This document shows, in pieces, positions 38,263-47,960 of a stretch of DNA of 64,000 nucleotides. Position 1 is the first letter of the stretch, and each line of letters begins with the position of its first letter. Origin of the DNA: an uncultured archaeon (GTDB lineage: Archaea; Asgardarchaeota; Thorarchaeia; Thorarchaeales; Thorarchaeaceae); assembly GCA_964473825.1 (NCBI GenBank), contig CAYYQL010000004.1, positions 85,127 through 149,126 on the forward strand, in the 5' to 3' direction. The notes beneath the pieces were generated by a model. It was given only the letters and a program-made list of their open reading frames with translations, did no database searches and had not been told where the DNA came from. The translations under genes were made by a program, and so were the position numbers.

Positions 38263-38539
38263 ATGTTCGAGATGATTGGGTTCGGAATCGTCGTCGTCAT
38301 GCTCCTCTTCCTTAGCAGGGAAGTGCTACGGTTGGGGTCGCTCCTCCGGCGAGGTAAGAATAACGAGGCCTAACCCGAAGAAAGTTGATGGATTCGGCTG
38401 GACACGAGCTTGTGGTTTCTCCTACGTTGGGGCCAATCCCGATGGCTATCCCAAGCCACTCCCTGTTGGCCTTCGGGGAGAGCAAGAAAAGACAGATACC
38501 TGGAAGGCCTCTGAGCGCAACGATTCGGACCGCCAATGA
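38263..38539 (+). pseudogene. paralog 2 of the small TM protein, frameshifted by an extra T at ~38312
   Basis: TTCCTTAGCAGGG vs TTCCTAGCAGGG in paralog 1; early TAA at 38371; homology continues in the shifted frame to 38539. Confidence 0.7.
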
Positions 38540-38878
38540 ACAGCAGTCGCTGAAGATTTGTGGGGGAATCTGAACAGAATTTCAAATTACCTGGCCAGAT
38601 GTATCCCTTCATCCCTTGCTTTTGTTCTTTTGATTACCCTGTCCGTTTGTTAAGTCACCGTCTGCATCATTGTCCGCAATTCAGACAAGAATCTGATTGA
38701 ACCTCTCCTTCTGGGCAAGTAGGCCGAATATGGCTTCTAGAGGGCCTCTGGCTGTTATCTGTGGCACCCACTTCTGTTGATGTATTATATATACCATGGT
38801 GGCAGTAGTATTCTCTGTCTAGCATTCCTCAATCTGAATGCTACCAATGCATCCGTCGAAAGAAGAAGGCTCTACAAA

Positions 38879-39061
38879 ATGGCTGAGACCCACACACTGC
38901 ACCTCCGTGAGATACCCTCTCGCACACTCAGAAAGAAGGTCCGCGTCTTTCTTCATGGGGGAGATGTTAGTGTGGAGGTAGAGTCCGGAAGCAGATACGA
39001 AGTAGAGCTGCAATCGTCAACCAAAATCGTTCTGCGACCATTGGACGCCTGCGCGCTCTGA
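38879..39061 (+). CDS. small hypothetical protein
   Basis: 60 aa after a TATA-like box (~38784) and an 8-bp leader hairpin TAGCATTC/GAATGCTA. Confidence 0.4.
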   Translation: MAETHTLHLREIPSRTLRKKVRVFLHGGDVSVEVESGSRYEVELQSSTKIVLRPLDACAL

Positions 39062-39326
39062 ATTCTAGGGGCGAAGGGGATAGAGCGCACGTCCGGACTC
39101 TGCCTGACTGCCTGTGTGGTTGTTTCAGCCTTACCTTCTGTTTTTAGTTCTCTTGAGAAGAGAAAAATCGGTCTCAGCTTGCTCTTGGATCTTCATCGCA
39201 GTTGTGCTCCGCCAGGGGTTATGTCGTCCTCGACCGATGCAGAAACAATCGCAGCTCTACTGAAAAAGATGTGGTTCCAAGAGCGAAGAGATAGGTTCAT
39301 AGCAGAGTGTCCGTGGTTGAGGTCTG

Positions 39327-40466
39327 ATGGAGATGCTCAAGGAATCACGGATCATTTCGCTTGCCCAGTCCCTGATTGCGACCAATTCGGAGAGTCCGCC
39401 CGGGAGAGAGGCTGAAGTTGCAGCAGTGTTGAGAGAGCACATGGAGTCGCACGGAATTGGATGCAGGTCCGTTGGCGAAGCAGAACGTCCAAATCTTATC
39501 TTCTACTCCCACGACTATGAGATAGGCGATCTCGTCATTCATGGCCATATGGACACAGTTCCGGTTGGGTCTATCGAGTCCTGGAAGCACGACCCGTTTG
39601 GTGGAGAGATTGTCAACGGTCGGCTCTATGGACGTGGCTCCTGTGATATGAAGGGGCCAGTGGCAGCACTAGCCGAGTCGATCATACTCTATTCAGAAGA
39701 AAGACATGAACGTCCTCTTGTCATGCTTGCTACATCGGATGAGGAGAGCGGCTGTTCAGGAGCCGAGGCTGTTGCAGCGAGTGGTATCTTGAAGGGCATA
39801 AGGTACGGAGTATGTGCGGAACCCACCAGTCTGGATGTGCTGGTAGGTGAAAAGGGGATGCTCTGGACAAAACTCATCGCTCATGGAAAGTCAGCGCACG
39901 GGTCTAGACCTGAAGAGGGAGTAAACGCCATCGACCTCTGCATCAAGTCGCTCCAGCTGGTCAAAGAAACAGAGTTTCCCTACGAACAGACTGAACTCAT
40001 GGGCCCGCCCACTCTAAACCTAGGTCTCATCGAGGGTGGTATCAAGATCAATGTTGTCCCTGATAGATGTGAGGCATCACTTGACATGAGGCTTGTCAAG
40101 GGCCAGTCTATAGATACCGTTCTTGAGAATATGCGACTGGTCCTAGATGAGTCGCAATTCGATGGGCGAGTTGAGCTGGAATACGTGCATGGGAAGGACG
40201 CAGTTCTGACACCTTTGGATGCAGAGATTGTCGCTGTCACACTGGATGCTGTTGAAGCAAATACGGGTCACAGACCTACTCCCACATCTGCGACCTATGG
40301 TACCGACTGCTCGGTGTTGCAGCCCAAGATCGGGATTCTCAATGTCATATGTGGTCCGGGCTCAATTGAGCAGGCTCACCAGCCGAATGAATACATCCAG
40401 ATCGAAGAGATGGTTAACTCGGTCAACATATACTTGGAGATTGCACGCCACTTCGCTTCCAGTTGA
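39327..40466 (+). CDS. M20 family metallo-amidohydrolase (ArgE/DapE-like)
   Basis: HGHMDTVP, GRGSCDMKG, DEE, AEPT, GPG..QAHQPNE. Confidence 0.92.
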   Translation: MEMLKESRIISLAQSLIATNSESPPGREAEVAAVLREHMESHGIGCRSVGEAERPNLIFYSHDYEIGDLVIHGHMDTVPVGSIESWKHDPFGGEIVNGRLYGRGSCDMKGPVAALAESIILYSEERHERPLVMLATSDEESGCSGAEAVAASGILKGIRYGVCAEPTSLDVLVGEKGMLWTKLIAHGKSAHGSRPEEGVNAIDLCIKSLQLVKETEFPYEQTELMGPPTLNLGLIEGGIKINVVPDRCEASLDMRLVKGQSIDTVLENMRLVLDESQFDGRVELEYVHGKDAVLTPLDAEIVAVTLDAVEANTGHRPTPTSATYGTDCSVLQPKIGILNVICGPGSIEQAHQPNEYIQIEEMVNSVNIYLEIARHFASS

Positions 40467-40491
40467 AGATTTCAATGGATGCCTGAGCGAG

Positions 40492-41277
40492 TCACTGCAG
40501 TCCATTTCTACAGCGTCTGGCAATCAGTGCGGCCATGGCGCCAGCTCCAACTCCATTGCCAATGTTCACTACTGCCAAGCCCGGGGCACAGGACTGGAGC
40601 ATTGCAGCTAGGGCCGTTTCCCCTGCCCCACCGTGACCGTAGCCTGTGGGGATTGGGACTCCAATGACGGGCGCATCGACAAGGGAGGCTATCACTGTTG
40701 GCAGTGCTCCTTCCATTCCAGCCATGACCACGATGGCAGACACACGCTTCTCTACCAGCTTGCGAAGGGGCTCAACCAGCCTGTGGATCCCTGCTATACC
40801 CACATCATAGAATGAAATGGGTTCTACGCCCATTGTTCGGATAACCATCTCGGCCTCTTTTGCATAGGGGATATCTGAAGTACCTGCTGTGAGAACTCCC
40901 ACTTCTCCATTCCCGTCCGGAAGCTTCCAGTCCACAGTGTGTACTAGTGCAGTTAGGTGGTCCCCTGCTCCTTCAATATGGACTTGGAGATCTGTGAGAT
41001 TACTCTTCAGAATATCAGTCTCTGACGTTGCCAACCGTGTGACTATCGCGTAACCTTTTCTCTCAACCATACGTCGAACAATCTTGATTATGTCTTCAAC
41101 ATCCTTTGATTCGCCGAGGACTACTTCTGGAACGCCACTTCTCTCATCTCGATTCATATCCAGCGCTGCAATCTCATCGAGATCCGATATGGATGCCGCT
41201 TTTAGTGCATCTTGTGCTTCCTCTATACTCAGCTCCCCTGAAACCAATCTCTCTAGAATCTTTCTTGTTGAAGGCAT
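40492..41277 (-). CDS. larB: nickel-pincer cofactor biosynthesis protein LarB
   Basis: R.GVPEV, AGTSD, DVGIAGIHRL, AGMEGAL, VVNIGNG. Confidence 0.9.
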   Translation of the reverse strand: MPSTRKILERLVSGELSIEEAQDALKAASISDLDEIAALDMNRDERSGVPEVVLGESKDVEDIIKIVRRMVERKGYAIVTRLATSETDILKSNLTDLQVHIEGAGDHLTALVHTVDWKLPDGNGEVGVLTAGTSDIPYAKEAEMVIRTMGVEPISFYDVGIAGIHRLVEPLRKLVEKRVSAIVVMAGMEGALPTVIASLVDAPVIGVPIPTGYGHGGAGETALAAMLQSCAPGLAVVNIGNGVGAGAMAALIARRCRNGLQ

Positions 41278-41429
41278 GAGATGATATCTCCCGTTTCTGT
41301 TTCCTTCTCGCCATAAGAAACCTTAAAGTTGATGTTGTCACCCTTTGAATTGTTTGCCTCCTTTCCCTTGAACCTCCGAGTTGGTTTCACAGATTGCGGG
41401 GCATCCTACATAGGGACAAGGTGTTACAG

Positions 41430-41873
41430 GTGAGTGGCTTCTTCAGTAGAATATTCGGCGGTGACAAGGGCAAGGGCCCCGTCATGAAGCAGATAAAGAA
41501 GATGATTTCCGCTATCGAGAAGGACAAGGACTTCGATGAGGTCAATGTGAAGACAAGACAGGAGATTCTTACTGAGGTATTCGTGGAGAAGCTTCAGAAA
41601 CTCGACTTGACACTTTCGGATGCATCTGGATACGTTCCTGCTTCATATGTGCCCATCGCAATCTTCCTTAGGAAGCTGAGTGTCCCAGAGCAAATAACGG
41701 ATGCGCTGCTTCAAGGGATCGAAGAGGCCGAAAGCGAAGAGTCGGTTCGCGAGATGATTGATGCTGCAGTTGAGGCAGCCGAAATAGAACTTGGTCAAGA
41801 CGAGCTTCTTGAGGCTCAAGACCTCGGCCTAGAGGAATGGAGGAAGGTTCAGGGCCGAGAAGAAAAAGTCTGA
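41430..41873 (+). CDS. hypothetical acidic helical protein with N-terminal amphipathic helix
   Basis: GTG start gives MSGFFSRIFGG. Confidence 0.65.
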   Translation: MSGFFSRIFGGDKGKGPVMKQIKKMISAIEKDKDFDEVNVKTRQEILTEVFVEKLQKLDLTLSDASGYVPASYVPIAIFLRKLSVPEQITDALLQGIEEAESEESVREMIDAAVEAAEIELGQDELLEAQDLGLEEWRKVQGREEKV

Positions 41874-41909
41874 GGACGGATTAAGAGAAGAGTCACAGGA
41901 GCATGACGT

Positions 41910-42653
41910 ATGACTGAAATGTTACACATGAAAGACAACTACATTCGGGAGTTTGATGCAATCGTTTCTGAGGTTGGTGAGAACTATGTTGTGCTTGACC
42001 GGACTGCCTTCTATCCTGAAGGGGGCGGTCAGAGCGGTGACCGAGGTATTTTGAAATCGGGCGCAAGGGCCGCTGTAGTAACCAACACGAAGAAGAGAGA
42101 TCAAGTCCGCCATTTTCTTTCAGGTCCTCCTCCTTTTGAAAGTGGAATGAAGGTACACGGCGAAGTGGATTGGACATTTCGTCATGAATGCATGCGTTAT
42201 CATACCGCCCAACATATTCTATCACGCTATTTGCAGTTGAATCGGGGACTAGAAACCAGAGGGAATATGGTGAAACCGGGTGGAAGTCGTGCTGACTACC
42301 ATCCGATTGATGACTTCTCGGAAGAGATGGTTTCCGAAACGGAGAAGGGAGTAAATGAGATACTGACGAATAATCTTGATGTTTCGATCGAGTTCATGCC
42401 AAGAGATGAGGCTATTGAGTTTCTCAAGAAACGTGGATATCAGACCAGATATCTGGACATGGTGCCCGAATCCGTCAAAGAATTCAGAGTAGTTCTGATT
42501 GGAGACTATGACGCCTCTGCTTGTGCTGGTACACATGTTGCCAACACAGGAGAGATTGGGTTGCTCAAGATAAACAAGACGAAGAATGTTGGTGCAGAGA
42601 AGCAGAGATTGTACTTCTCTCTCGTCCCTCCCGACGACTTGCCCCTCAGCTAA
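41910..42653 (+). CDS. alaX: alanyl-tRNA editing protein AlaX(-M)
   Basis: FYPEGGGQ..D, MRYHTAQH, CAGTHV. Confidence 0.92.
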   Translation: MTEMLHMKDNYIREFDAIVSEVGENYVVLDRTAFYPEGGGQSGDRGILKSGARAAVVTNTKKRDQVRHFLSGPPPFESGMKVHGEVDWTFRHECMRYHTAQHILSRYLQLNRGLETRGNMVKPGGSRADYHPIDDFSEEMVSETEKGVNEILTNNLDVSIEFMPRDEAIEFLKKRGYQTRYLDMVPESVKEFRVVLIGDYDASACAGTHVANTGEIGLLKINKTKNVGAEKQRLYFSLVPPDDLPLS

Positions 42654-42699
42654 AGGTTTTATTGCTCCCCTCACTAATCTGCCATAGTGTGAACCCAAA

Positions 42700-43977
42700 A
42701 TGAAAGCACTCGTCCTTACCGCCGGTAGAGGAAACCGTCTTCGCCCCCTGACATCTCACCGTTCCAAAGCCATGCTCAAGATTGCCGGCAAGCCGGTAAT
42801 GCAATACATCCTCGAGAGCCTCAGAGAGAATGATATCAATGATCTTGTCGTGGTGGTGGGACATGGCCGAGAAGAAATCATTGACTACTTCGGGCAGGGT
42901 TCAGACTTTGATGTAAGAATACGCTATGTTGTGCAACATGAACAGAAAGGTGTCGAAGATGCCATCCTTGTTGCAAGAGACGAGTTAGAAGATGAAAAAG
43001 AGTTTCTGTTGCTGAACGGCGATGTTCTGGTTGATGAAGACATGGTTCAGAGGACACTCTACAATCATGGCGTCATGGATGCAGATGCCACAATGCTTGT
43101 CACGCTTGTTTCGAATCCTGAACAGTTCGGGACCGTTAGAATTGGCCGAAACGGAGTCGTTGAGAGGTTGGTGGAGAAGGGTGGCCCGGACCGATATGTG
43201 AGTAACTACGCGGTCGCAGGAGTAACGGCTTTCAGTCGAGAAATATTTCCAATGCTTGAGGCTCACGGTACGATGGAGAAGGCAGTCGAGGAGATGATTG
43301 CTTCTGACAAGAAGATTGTCGCAACAGTCTGGGAGAAGGAATGGGCAGAATTCACGTGGCCGTGGGACATATTGAAAGCAAACAGGATTGTCATGGATCG
43401 CATGCTTCGCGGGAAAGGCAGTTTCATAGCCGAGTCCGCCGAGCTTCATAAGAACGTGGTTCTGGAGGGTCCCGTGTTCATAGATGAGGGAAGCGTGGTA
43501 CGACCTGGAACCACAGTCCGTGGCCCTGTTTACATTGGGAAGCAAGTGTACATTGGCAACAATTCTCTCGTCAGAGACTATTCGAGCCTATGCGAGGGCG
43601 TTCATATCGGGTATGCAGTTGAAGTCCGAAACAGCATGGTCTTTGATAGAGTGAACGTGGGCCGGATGACCTACTTGGCAGATTCCATTGTCGGTGCTGA
43701 TACGTGTATCGAGGCCGGAGCACAGATGTGGAATTGGCGTCCTGGCAATAAGCCTCTCTACCTTAAAGTTGACGATTCAGAAGTAGAGGTCCCAATCAGC
43801 AAGCTGGGTGCAATCATCGGTGACCATGTAGTGATAGGTGTAAACACATCCATCTATCCTGCAACAAAGATTGGTGAGTACTCCTTCTTGACACCTGGTT
43901 GTGTCGTAGATCAAGATATTCCACCAAACAGTGAGGTTTCAGTTCAGCAGAAACTCAACATTCGACCCATCAAGTAG
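42700..43977 (+). CDS. bifunctional sugar-1-phosphate nucleotidyltransferase/acetyltransferase (archaeal GlmU-like)
   Basis: LTAGRGNRLRPLT..K, NGD, VEK, hexapeptide beta-helix. Confidence 0.88.
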   Translation: MKALVLTAGRGNRLRPLTSHRSKAMLKIAGKPVMQYILESLRENDINDLVVVVGHGREEIIDYFGQGSDFDVRIRYVVQHEQKGVEDAILVARDELEDEKEFLLLNGDVLVDEDMVQRTLYNHGVMDADATMLVTLVSNPEQFGTVRIGRNGVVERLVEKGGPDRYVSNYAVAGVTAFSREIFPMLEAHGTMEKAVEEMIASDKKIVATVWEKEWAEFTWPWDILKANRIVMDRMLRGKGSFIAESAELHKNVVLEGPVFIDEGSVVRPGTTVRGPVYIGKQVYIGNNSLVRDYSSLCEGVHIGYAVEVRNSMVFDRVNVGRMTYLADSIVGADTCIEAGAQMWNWRPGNKPLYLKVDDSEVEVPISKLGAIIGDHVVIGVNTSIYPATKIGEYSFLTPGCVVDQDIPPNSEVSVQQKLNIRPIK

Positions 43978-44112
43978 GTGGAACTTGTATACCGAATGCC
44001 CCATACAGGCCAGTTCTTGGCGTAATACAAGAGAGCAATGAGCAGCTTTAAAAGTACACCTCAGGTTTTTGGCGCTGACCCCAGCACAACAATCTAGGAG
44101 AGTCGCTTCCAA

Positions 44113-45114
44113 ATGAGCAAGAAGAAGTGGGGAAAATCAACAGCAAAGACTGACCGAATAATTCGTGATGCAGTGCCGAAGAAAGAAACACTTGAAGAGA
44201 TAGATGGTTTTCTGTCTAATGCCACCTCGGTCACGGCCTTTGACCTCGCAAGGCGTTTCAATATCCGAATGAGTATTGCCAAGGATATTCTGAGCAAGAA
44301 ACAAGAGAACGGCGAACTGGTACCCTATTTGCGCGAGAGTGGCTTTGCTGTCTATACACGGCCTGCAGAGCTCGAGAAGAGAGAAACAGAACGCCCTATC
44401 ATGATTTCTGAGGTTCTTGAGGAAGTCGCCTCTTCTGTCCCTGAGCAACCTGTGATTGATGACGAGATGGATCTTGCTCTTGCTGCAGCAGGGGGCGATG
44501 TGAAACCCTCCAAGATTGCTCGTAAGCGACGAGAAGCTGGCAAGAAGAAAGAGCGTGAGCGAGACCGCAGACCTGAAGTTGTTGTTGAGCCCCTAGAGGA
44601 AGAACCCGAAGTCGCTCCAGCTGAGGAGCCGAAGAAGGAGCCAAAGAAGGAGCCTAAGAAGGAGCCGAAGAAGGAACCAAAGAAGGAGCCAAAGAAGGAG
44701 CCTAAGAAGGTTGAACCTGCAAAACCTGCTAAAGCCCCTGCAGCGGACATCCCCTTGGAAGAACTACCAGGAGTTGGAGGTAAGACGCGAGAGGGCCTAG
44801 TCAAGGCAGGCTACAAATCTGTGAGTGCTGTAGCCGATGCAGAGCCGTCAAAGATTGCAGACGACGTGGATGGGGTGGGTGAAGCCACCGCTAAGAAGAT
44901 GATTGGTGCAGCCAAGGATATCATGAGGGACTATGATCTTGAAGAGCTCCCCGGTGTTGGTGAGAAGACCCGTAAGAGCTTTCGTGATGCCGGTTACAAT
45001 TCAATAAGCAAGATTGCTGATGCGGACGCCGCTGACCTAGCCACCACAGTTGATGGTGTTGGCGAGGCGACTGCAAAGAAGATTATCTCTGCCGCGAAGA
45101 AGATGTCTAGATAA
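44113..45114 (+). CDS. rps25e: ribosomal protein eS25 fused to two HhH-type domains
   Basis: KKKWGK...VTAFDLARRFNIRMSIAK..L...G.L......VYTR eS25 pattern; 2x LEELPGVG..T...AGY...VDGVGEATAKK. Confidence 0.8.
   Translation: MSKKKWGKSTAKTDRIIRDAVPKKETLEEIDGFLSNATSVTAFDLARRFNIRMSIAKDILSKKQENGELVPYLRESGFAVYTRPAELEKRETERPIMISEVLEEVASSVPEQPVIDDEMDLALAAAGGDVKPSKIARKRREAGKKKERERDRRPEVVVEPLEEEPEVAPAEEPKKEPKKEPKKEPKKEPKKEPKKEPKKVEPAKPAKAPAADIPLEELPGVGGKTREGLVKAGYKSVSAVADAEPSKIADDVDGVGEATAKKMIGAAKDIMRDYDLEELPGVGEKTRKSFRDAGYNSISKIADADAADLATTVDGVGEATAKKIISAAKKMSR
44626..44709 (+). repeat. 7 x 12-bp coding tandem repeat (EPKK)
   Basis: GARCCNAAGAAG x7, varying only at synonymous sites. Confidence 0.95.
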
Positions 45115-45261
45115 CTACCGAATGTATGCGGTTCTGATGACTTAGAGGATTGTGGTCCAGTCTGCTGGCACCTTGGGTTCATAAAGATAACACAGTGAGC
45201 ATAGCATCCTAGAGCAGAGCAATCTACTAGAAACTACTATGCCACTGCAACGCATTCTATT

Positions 45262-45894
45262 CTATGCAATCTCTGCCAGCTGTTTGTCGATATTTTCGAG
45301 CTTGCTATCCAGCTCTGCTTCCTTTGATTTGTACTCATCCTCAGGTATGTACCCTCTCATGTAGTCAAAGCGAAGGTCTGTGAGTTCTGCCTTGAGCCTG
45401 TCCTTCTTCTGTAGAAGGACTTCTCTCTCGTCACTGACCTCTTCTGTAACAGCTTCTGTCTGGGCAACTACTGCTTCCTCAGTGGATTCCACTTCTGCTG
45501 GCTGCTCTGTTTTGGTCGGCGGTGATTCGATGGTTGCAGGTTCGGGGGCCTGAGTTACCGGCGCTGGTTGTTCTACCTTCGGCTCCTCTACTGCTTCCGG
45601 TTTCGGTTCAGGCTTAGCCGGTTCTGGTTCGGCTGGAGGCTTCTCGAGCGGCTCCGTTTCAGCAGTCTTGCTCTCGGGCTTCACGCTGGCCATCGCCTCC
45701 ATATTCTTGCGGAGCATCTCGATCTGGTCCGCAATCTGATTCATTGAGTCATTAATCGTCCTATTCAGCTGTTCTTTCATTTTGGCAAAATTCATGGCCA
45801 AGTCATCAGCTAGTTTCTTTGTTTCGTCAACCTTACTGGCAAAGCCTTCGATTTCTTTGAGCTTTTCAAGCATAGAACTTATGTCGAGATCCAT
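45262..45894 (-). CDS. coiled-coil protein with Pro/Glu linker and CdvA/SHOCT-like C-terminus
   Basis: LRFDYMRGYIPEDEY motif; EPAKPEPKPE linker. Confidence 0.65.
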   Translation of the reverse strand: MDLDISSMLEKLKEIEGFASKVDETKKLADDLAMNFAKMKEQLNRTINDSMNQIADQIEMLRKNMEAMASVKPESKTAETEPLEKPPAEPEPAKPEPKPEAVEEPKVEQPAPVTQAPEPATIESPPTKTEQPAEVESTEEAVVAQTEAVTEEVSDEREVLLQKKDRLKAELTDLRFDYMRGYIPEDEYKSKEAELDSKLENIDKQLAEIA

Positions 45895-46003
45895 TTATTG
45901 TCACCTAGAGTGTTGGCTCTATCGTTACCCAAACGTTAACCTTGTTCTCTTTAAACTTCTTCTCTGCTGTACTATGGCATCTCAACGCGTTTGTCATAAC
46001 TCG

Positions 46004-46855
46004 CTAGGATGCCTTCGATTCGTCTTTTCCTTCGAGGATGGCCTTCCGGATGATCTGAATGAGTCTATCGCGGTATGAGATATCGATGGCGACCAACTCG
46101 AAAGTTGTGACTCCGAGTATCTGTCCTACTCTTTCAGGGGTTAGGGCGGTGGGAAGGTCCTGCTTGTTTGCGATACCTATGACTTTGGCATTGGGCACCT
46201 CTTCCTTAACTAGCGAAACAAGCTTTTTGCTTCTCAGGACGTTCTCCAGAGTACTGTCAGTCACAATGATAACAACCTGGGCATTGGCAATCATCTTAGC
46301 CCACAAAATGCTGAATCTGGACTGTCCTGCCAGATCCCACAGTACAATGTTGGCATTCTGTACTTCTTCGGGGAGTTTCTTGATGCTGACACCTATGGTT
46401 GGATCGTGAATCAGGGGCAGTGTTTCACCACGGAGTAAATGCAGAGTAGTCGTCTTCCCCACTCCTGCATATCCTAGTATTGCCACCTTTACCATTGTGA
46501 CCGCAATCTCGTCCACCTTGGCTTCGAAGCCATCAAGTGGTTGGTTCGCCTCGGCCAGTCTGGCGAAATCTTTCACGAAGATGTCAACAACCTGACCCAT
46601 CCGTTCTTCGATCTGGGCAGGATCGTCCGCTTTGTCTGCGATGAATACAAAGGTGAAGGGGTCGTGTACTGTGTAGAATATTCTGGCCAATGCCAGACCC
46701 ATGGACTCCGTCTTCTGTTCTAGGTTGACTGAAGAGAGAAACTCGGCAAGACTGACGACAAATTCTATGAGCGCTGATTTTGAATCAGTAGTGGCATACT
46801 CTTTGGAGTAGACCATGTTGCTCTCCTGACCAAGTATGTAAATGCCCCTAATCAT
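46004..46855 (-). CDS. longin domain fused to Arf-like small GTPase
   Basis: N-terminal IRGIYIL...FVFIAD longin; GYAGVGKT, PTIG, WDLAGQ, ANKQDLP; start 46855 overlaps the upstream stop. Confidence 0.9.
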   Translation of the reverse strand: MIRGIYILGQESNMVYSKEYATTDSKSALIEFVVSLAEFLSSVNLEQKTESMGLALARIFYTVHDPFTFVFIADKADDPAQIEERMGQVVDIFVKDFARLAEANQPLDGFEAKVDEIAVTMVKVAILGYAGVGKTTTLHLLRGETLPLIHDPTIGVSIKKLPEEVQNANIVLWDLAGQSRFSILWAKMIANAQVVIIVTDSTLENVLRSKKLVSLVKEEVPNAKVIGIANKQDLPTALTPERVGQILGVTTFELVAIDISYRDRLIQIIRKAILEGKDESKAS

Positions 46856-47960
46856 CCTGTTCGCTCCATGTATCCGTGAGAAGCTGCAAGTATCTCTTTG
46901 CAGCATATCTGTCTAATTTCTTTTCGGAAACCCGTCTTGCAATGGTTGAGAGTACATACTCCGGCATAAATGTCTTCATTGTCGGGTTTGTAACTAATGC
47001 CCACATCTTTTCATCCTCAAAGTGAACGGAAATCCTTTGTGACTCAAGAGTTCCCAGTACATCTCTCACGATGCTTTTAGGCAGAGCCGTTTCTTCCGAA
47101 ATCATATCAACGTTCTTAGGTCTATCTCTGAGGGACTGTAGCACTATATAGTTAAAACTGTCATATATCACTTCGAAGACGCGTTCCCGATCTTCCATCA
47201 GTGGCGAGTCTGGCTGATCTATGGGTATGGTGGGATTATATCCCTTGGCAGGGGGCTTCGGAGAGAAGAACTCCTTTACATATTCCTCATATCTCTTGGC
47301 AATGTGTGGCATGTAGGCCTTCGCATTCAGAAGCGATTCTACAGGGGGCGCCCGATATCCAAAGACATCTCTAACCAGGAAGACCATCTCCGCCTTTGTT
47401 TCGATGATTTCAACGTGGGCGACACCCGAGTCTAGTAGAGGTTTGGCCACTCCTTTGATGTTGATATTCTCTGTCTGGACCTGGTTAGAAAGCCACAGGT
47501 TCAAAGCTCTTGCAGAGTCGACACCCTGTTCCTGCAGTCTTTCCAGTAGGAGAGCTGAGGAAGGCGTGAAGTATATCTTGGCCAGTAGCTGCTCCTGTGT
47601 CCGTTCGGGCAGGGTTCTCTCATGCCTGATGATTTCCATCAGGTCAACCTCATCAGGAGATACTTGCATGAGCGCCAGCATGAGTCTGCTCATCCCCTCG
47701 AATAGCTCTTGATTTGGGCCAAAGTCTGTCTGCTCGCGTAGGACATAGCCTACCAGCCATCCCGGATAGTCGCTGCTCTTGAATGACACGTATCTTCTGT
47801 CATCGAGGTTGTGGAACTTGATCTCCTCATTGTCCTCTTCGTGAGCCACATCGAGGAGATTCAGGGTTTCTTCATTGATGCGAAAGGCAGACGGTTGACT
47901 CTTCCTCACCAAAAACCCCTGATAATCGTCGTACTGGACTATGAAGACCGCTTCCGGCAT
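46848..47960 (-). CDS. uDENN/NPRL2-like longin protein with winged-helix C-terminal region
   Basis: AVFIVQYDDYQGFLV...P beta-hairpin start; ISEETALPKSIVRDVLGTLE HTH. Confidence 0.6.
   Translation of the reverse strand: MPEAVFIVQYDDYQGFLVRKSQPSAFRINEETLNLLDVAHEEDNEEIKFHNLDDRRYVSFKSSDYPGWLVGYVLREQTDFGPNQELFEGMSRLMLALMQVSPDEVDLMEIIRHERTLPERTQEQLLAKIYFTPSSALLLERLQEQGVDSARALNLWLSNQVQTENINIKGVAKPLLDSGVAHVEIIETKAEMVFLVRDVFGYRAPPVESLLNAKAYMPHIAKRYEEYVKEFFSPKPPAKGYNPTIPIDQPDSPLMEDRERVFEVIYDSFNYIVLQSLRDRPKNVDMISEETALPKSIVRDVLGTLESQRISVHFEDEKMWALVTNPTMKTFMPEYVLSTIARRVSEKKLDRYAAKRYLQLLTDTWSEQDD

Noticed and set aside
44626-44709. Regular short repeats resembling a CRISPR array
   Set aside because: No spacers; in-frame 12-bp units encoding EPKK with synonymous variation.
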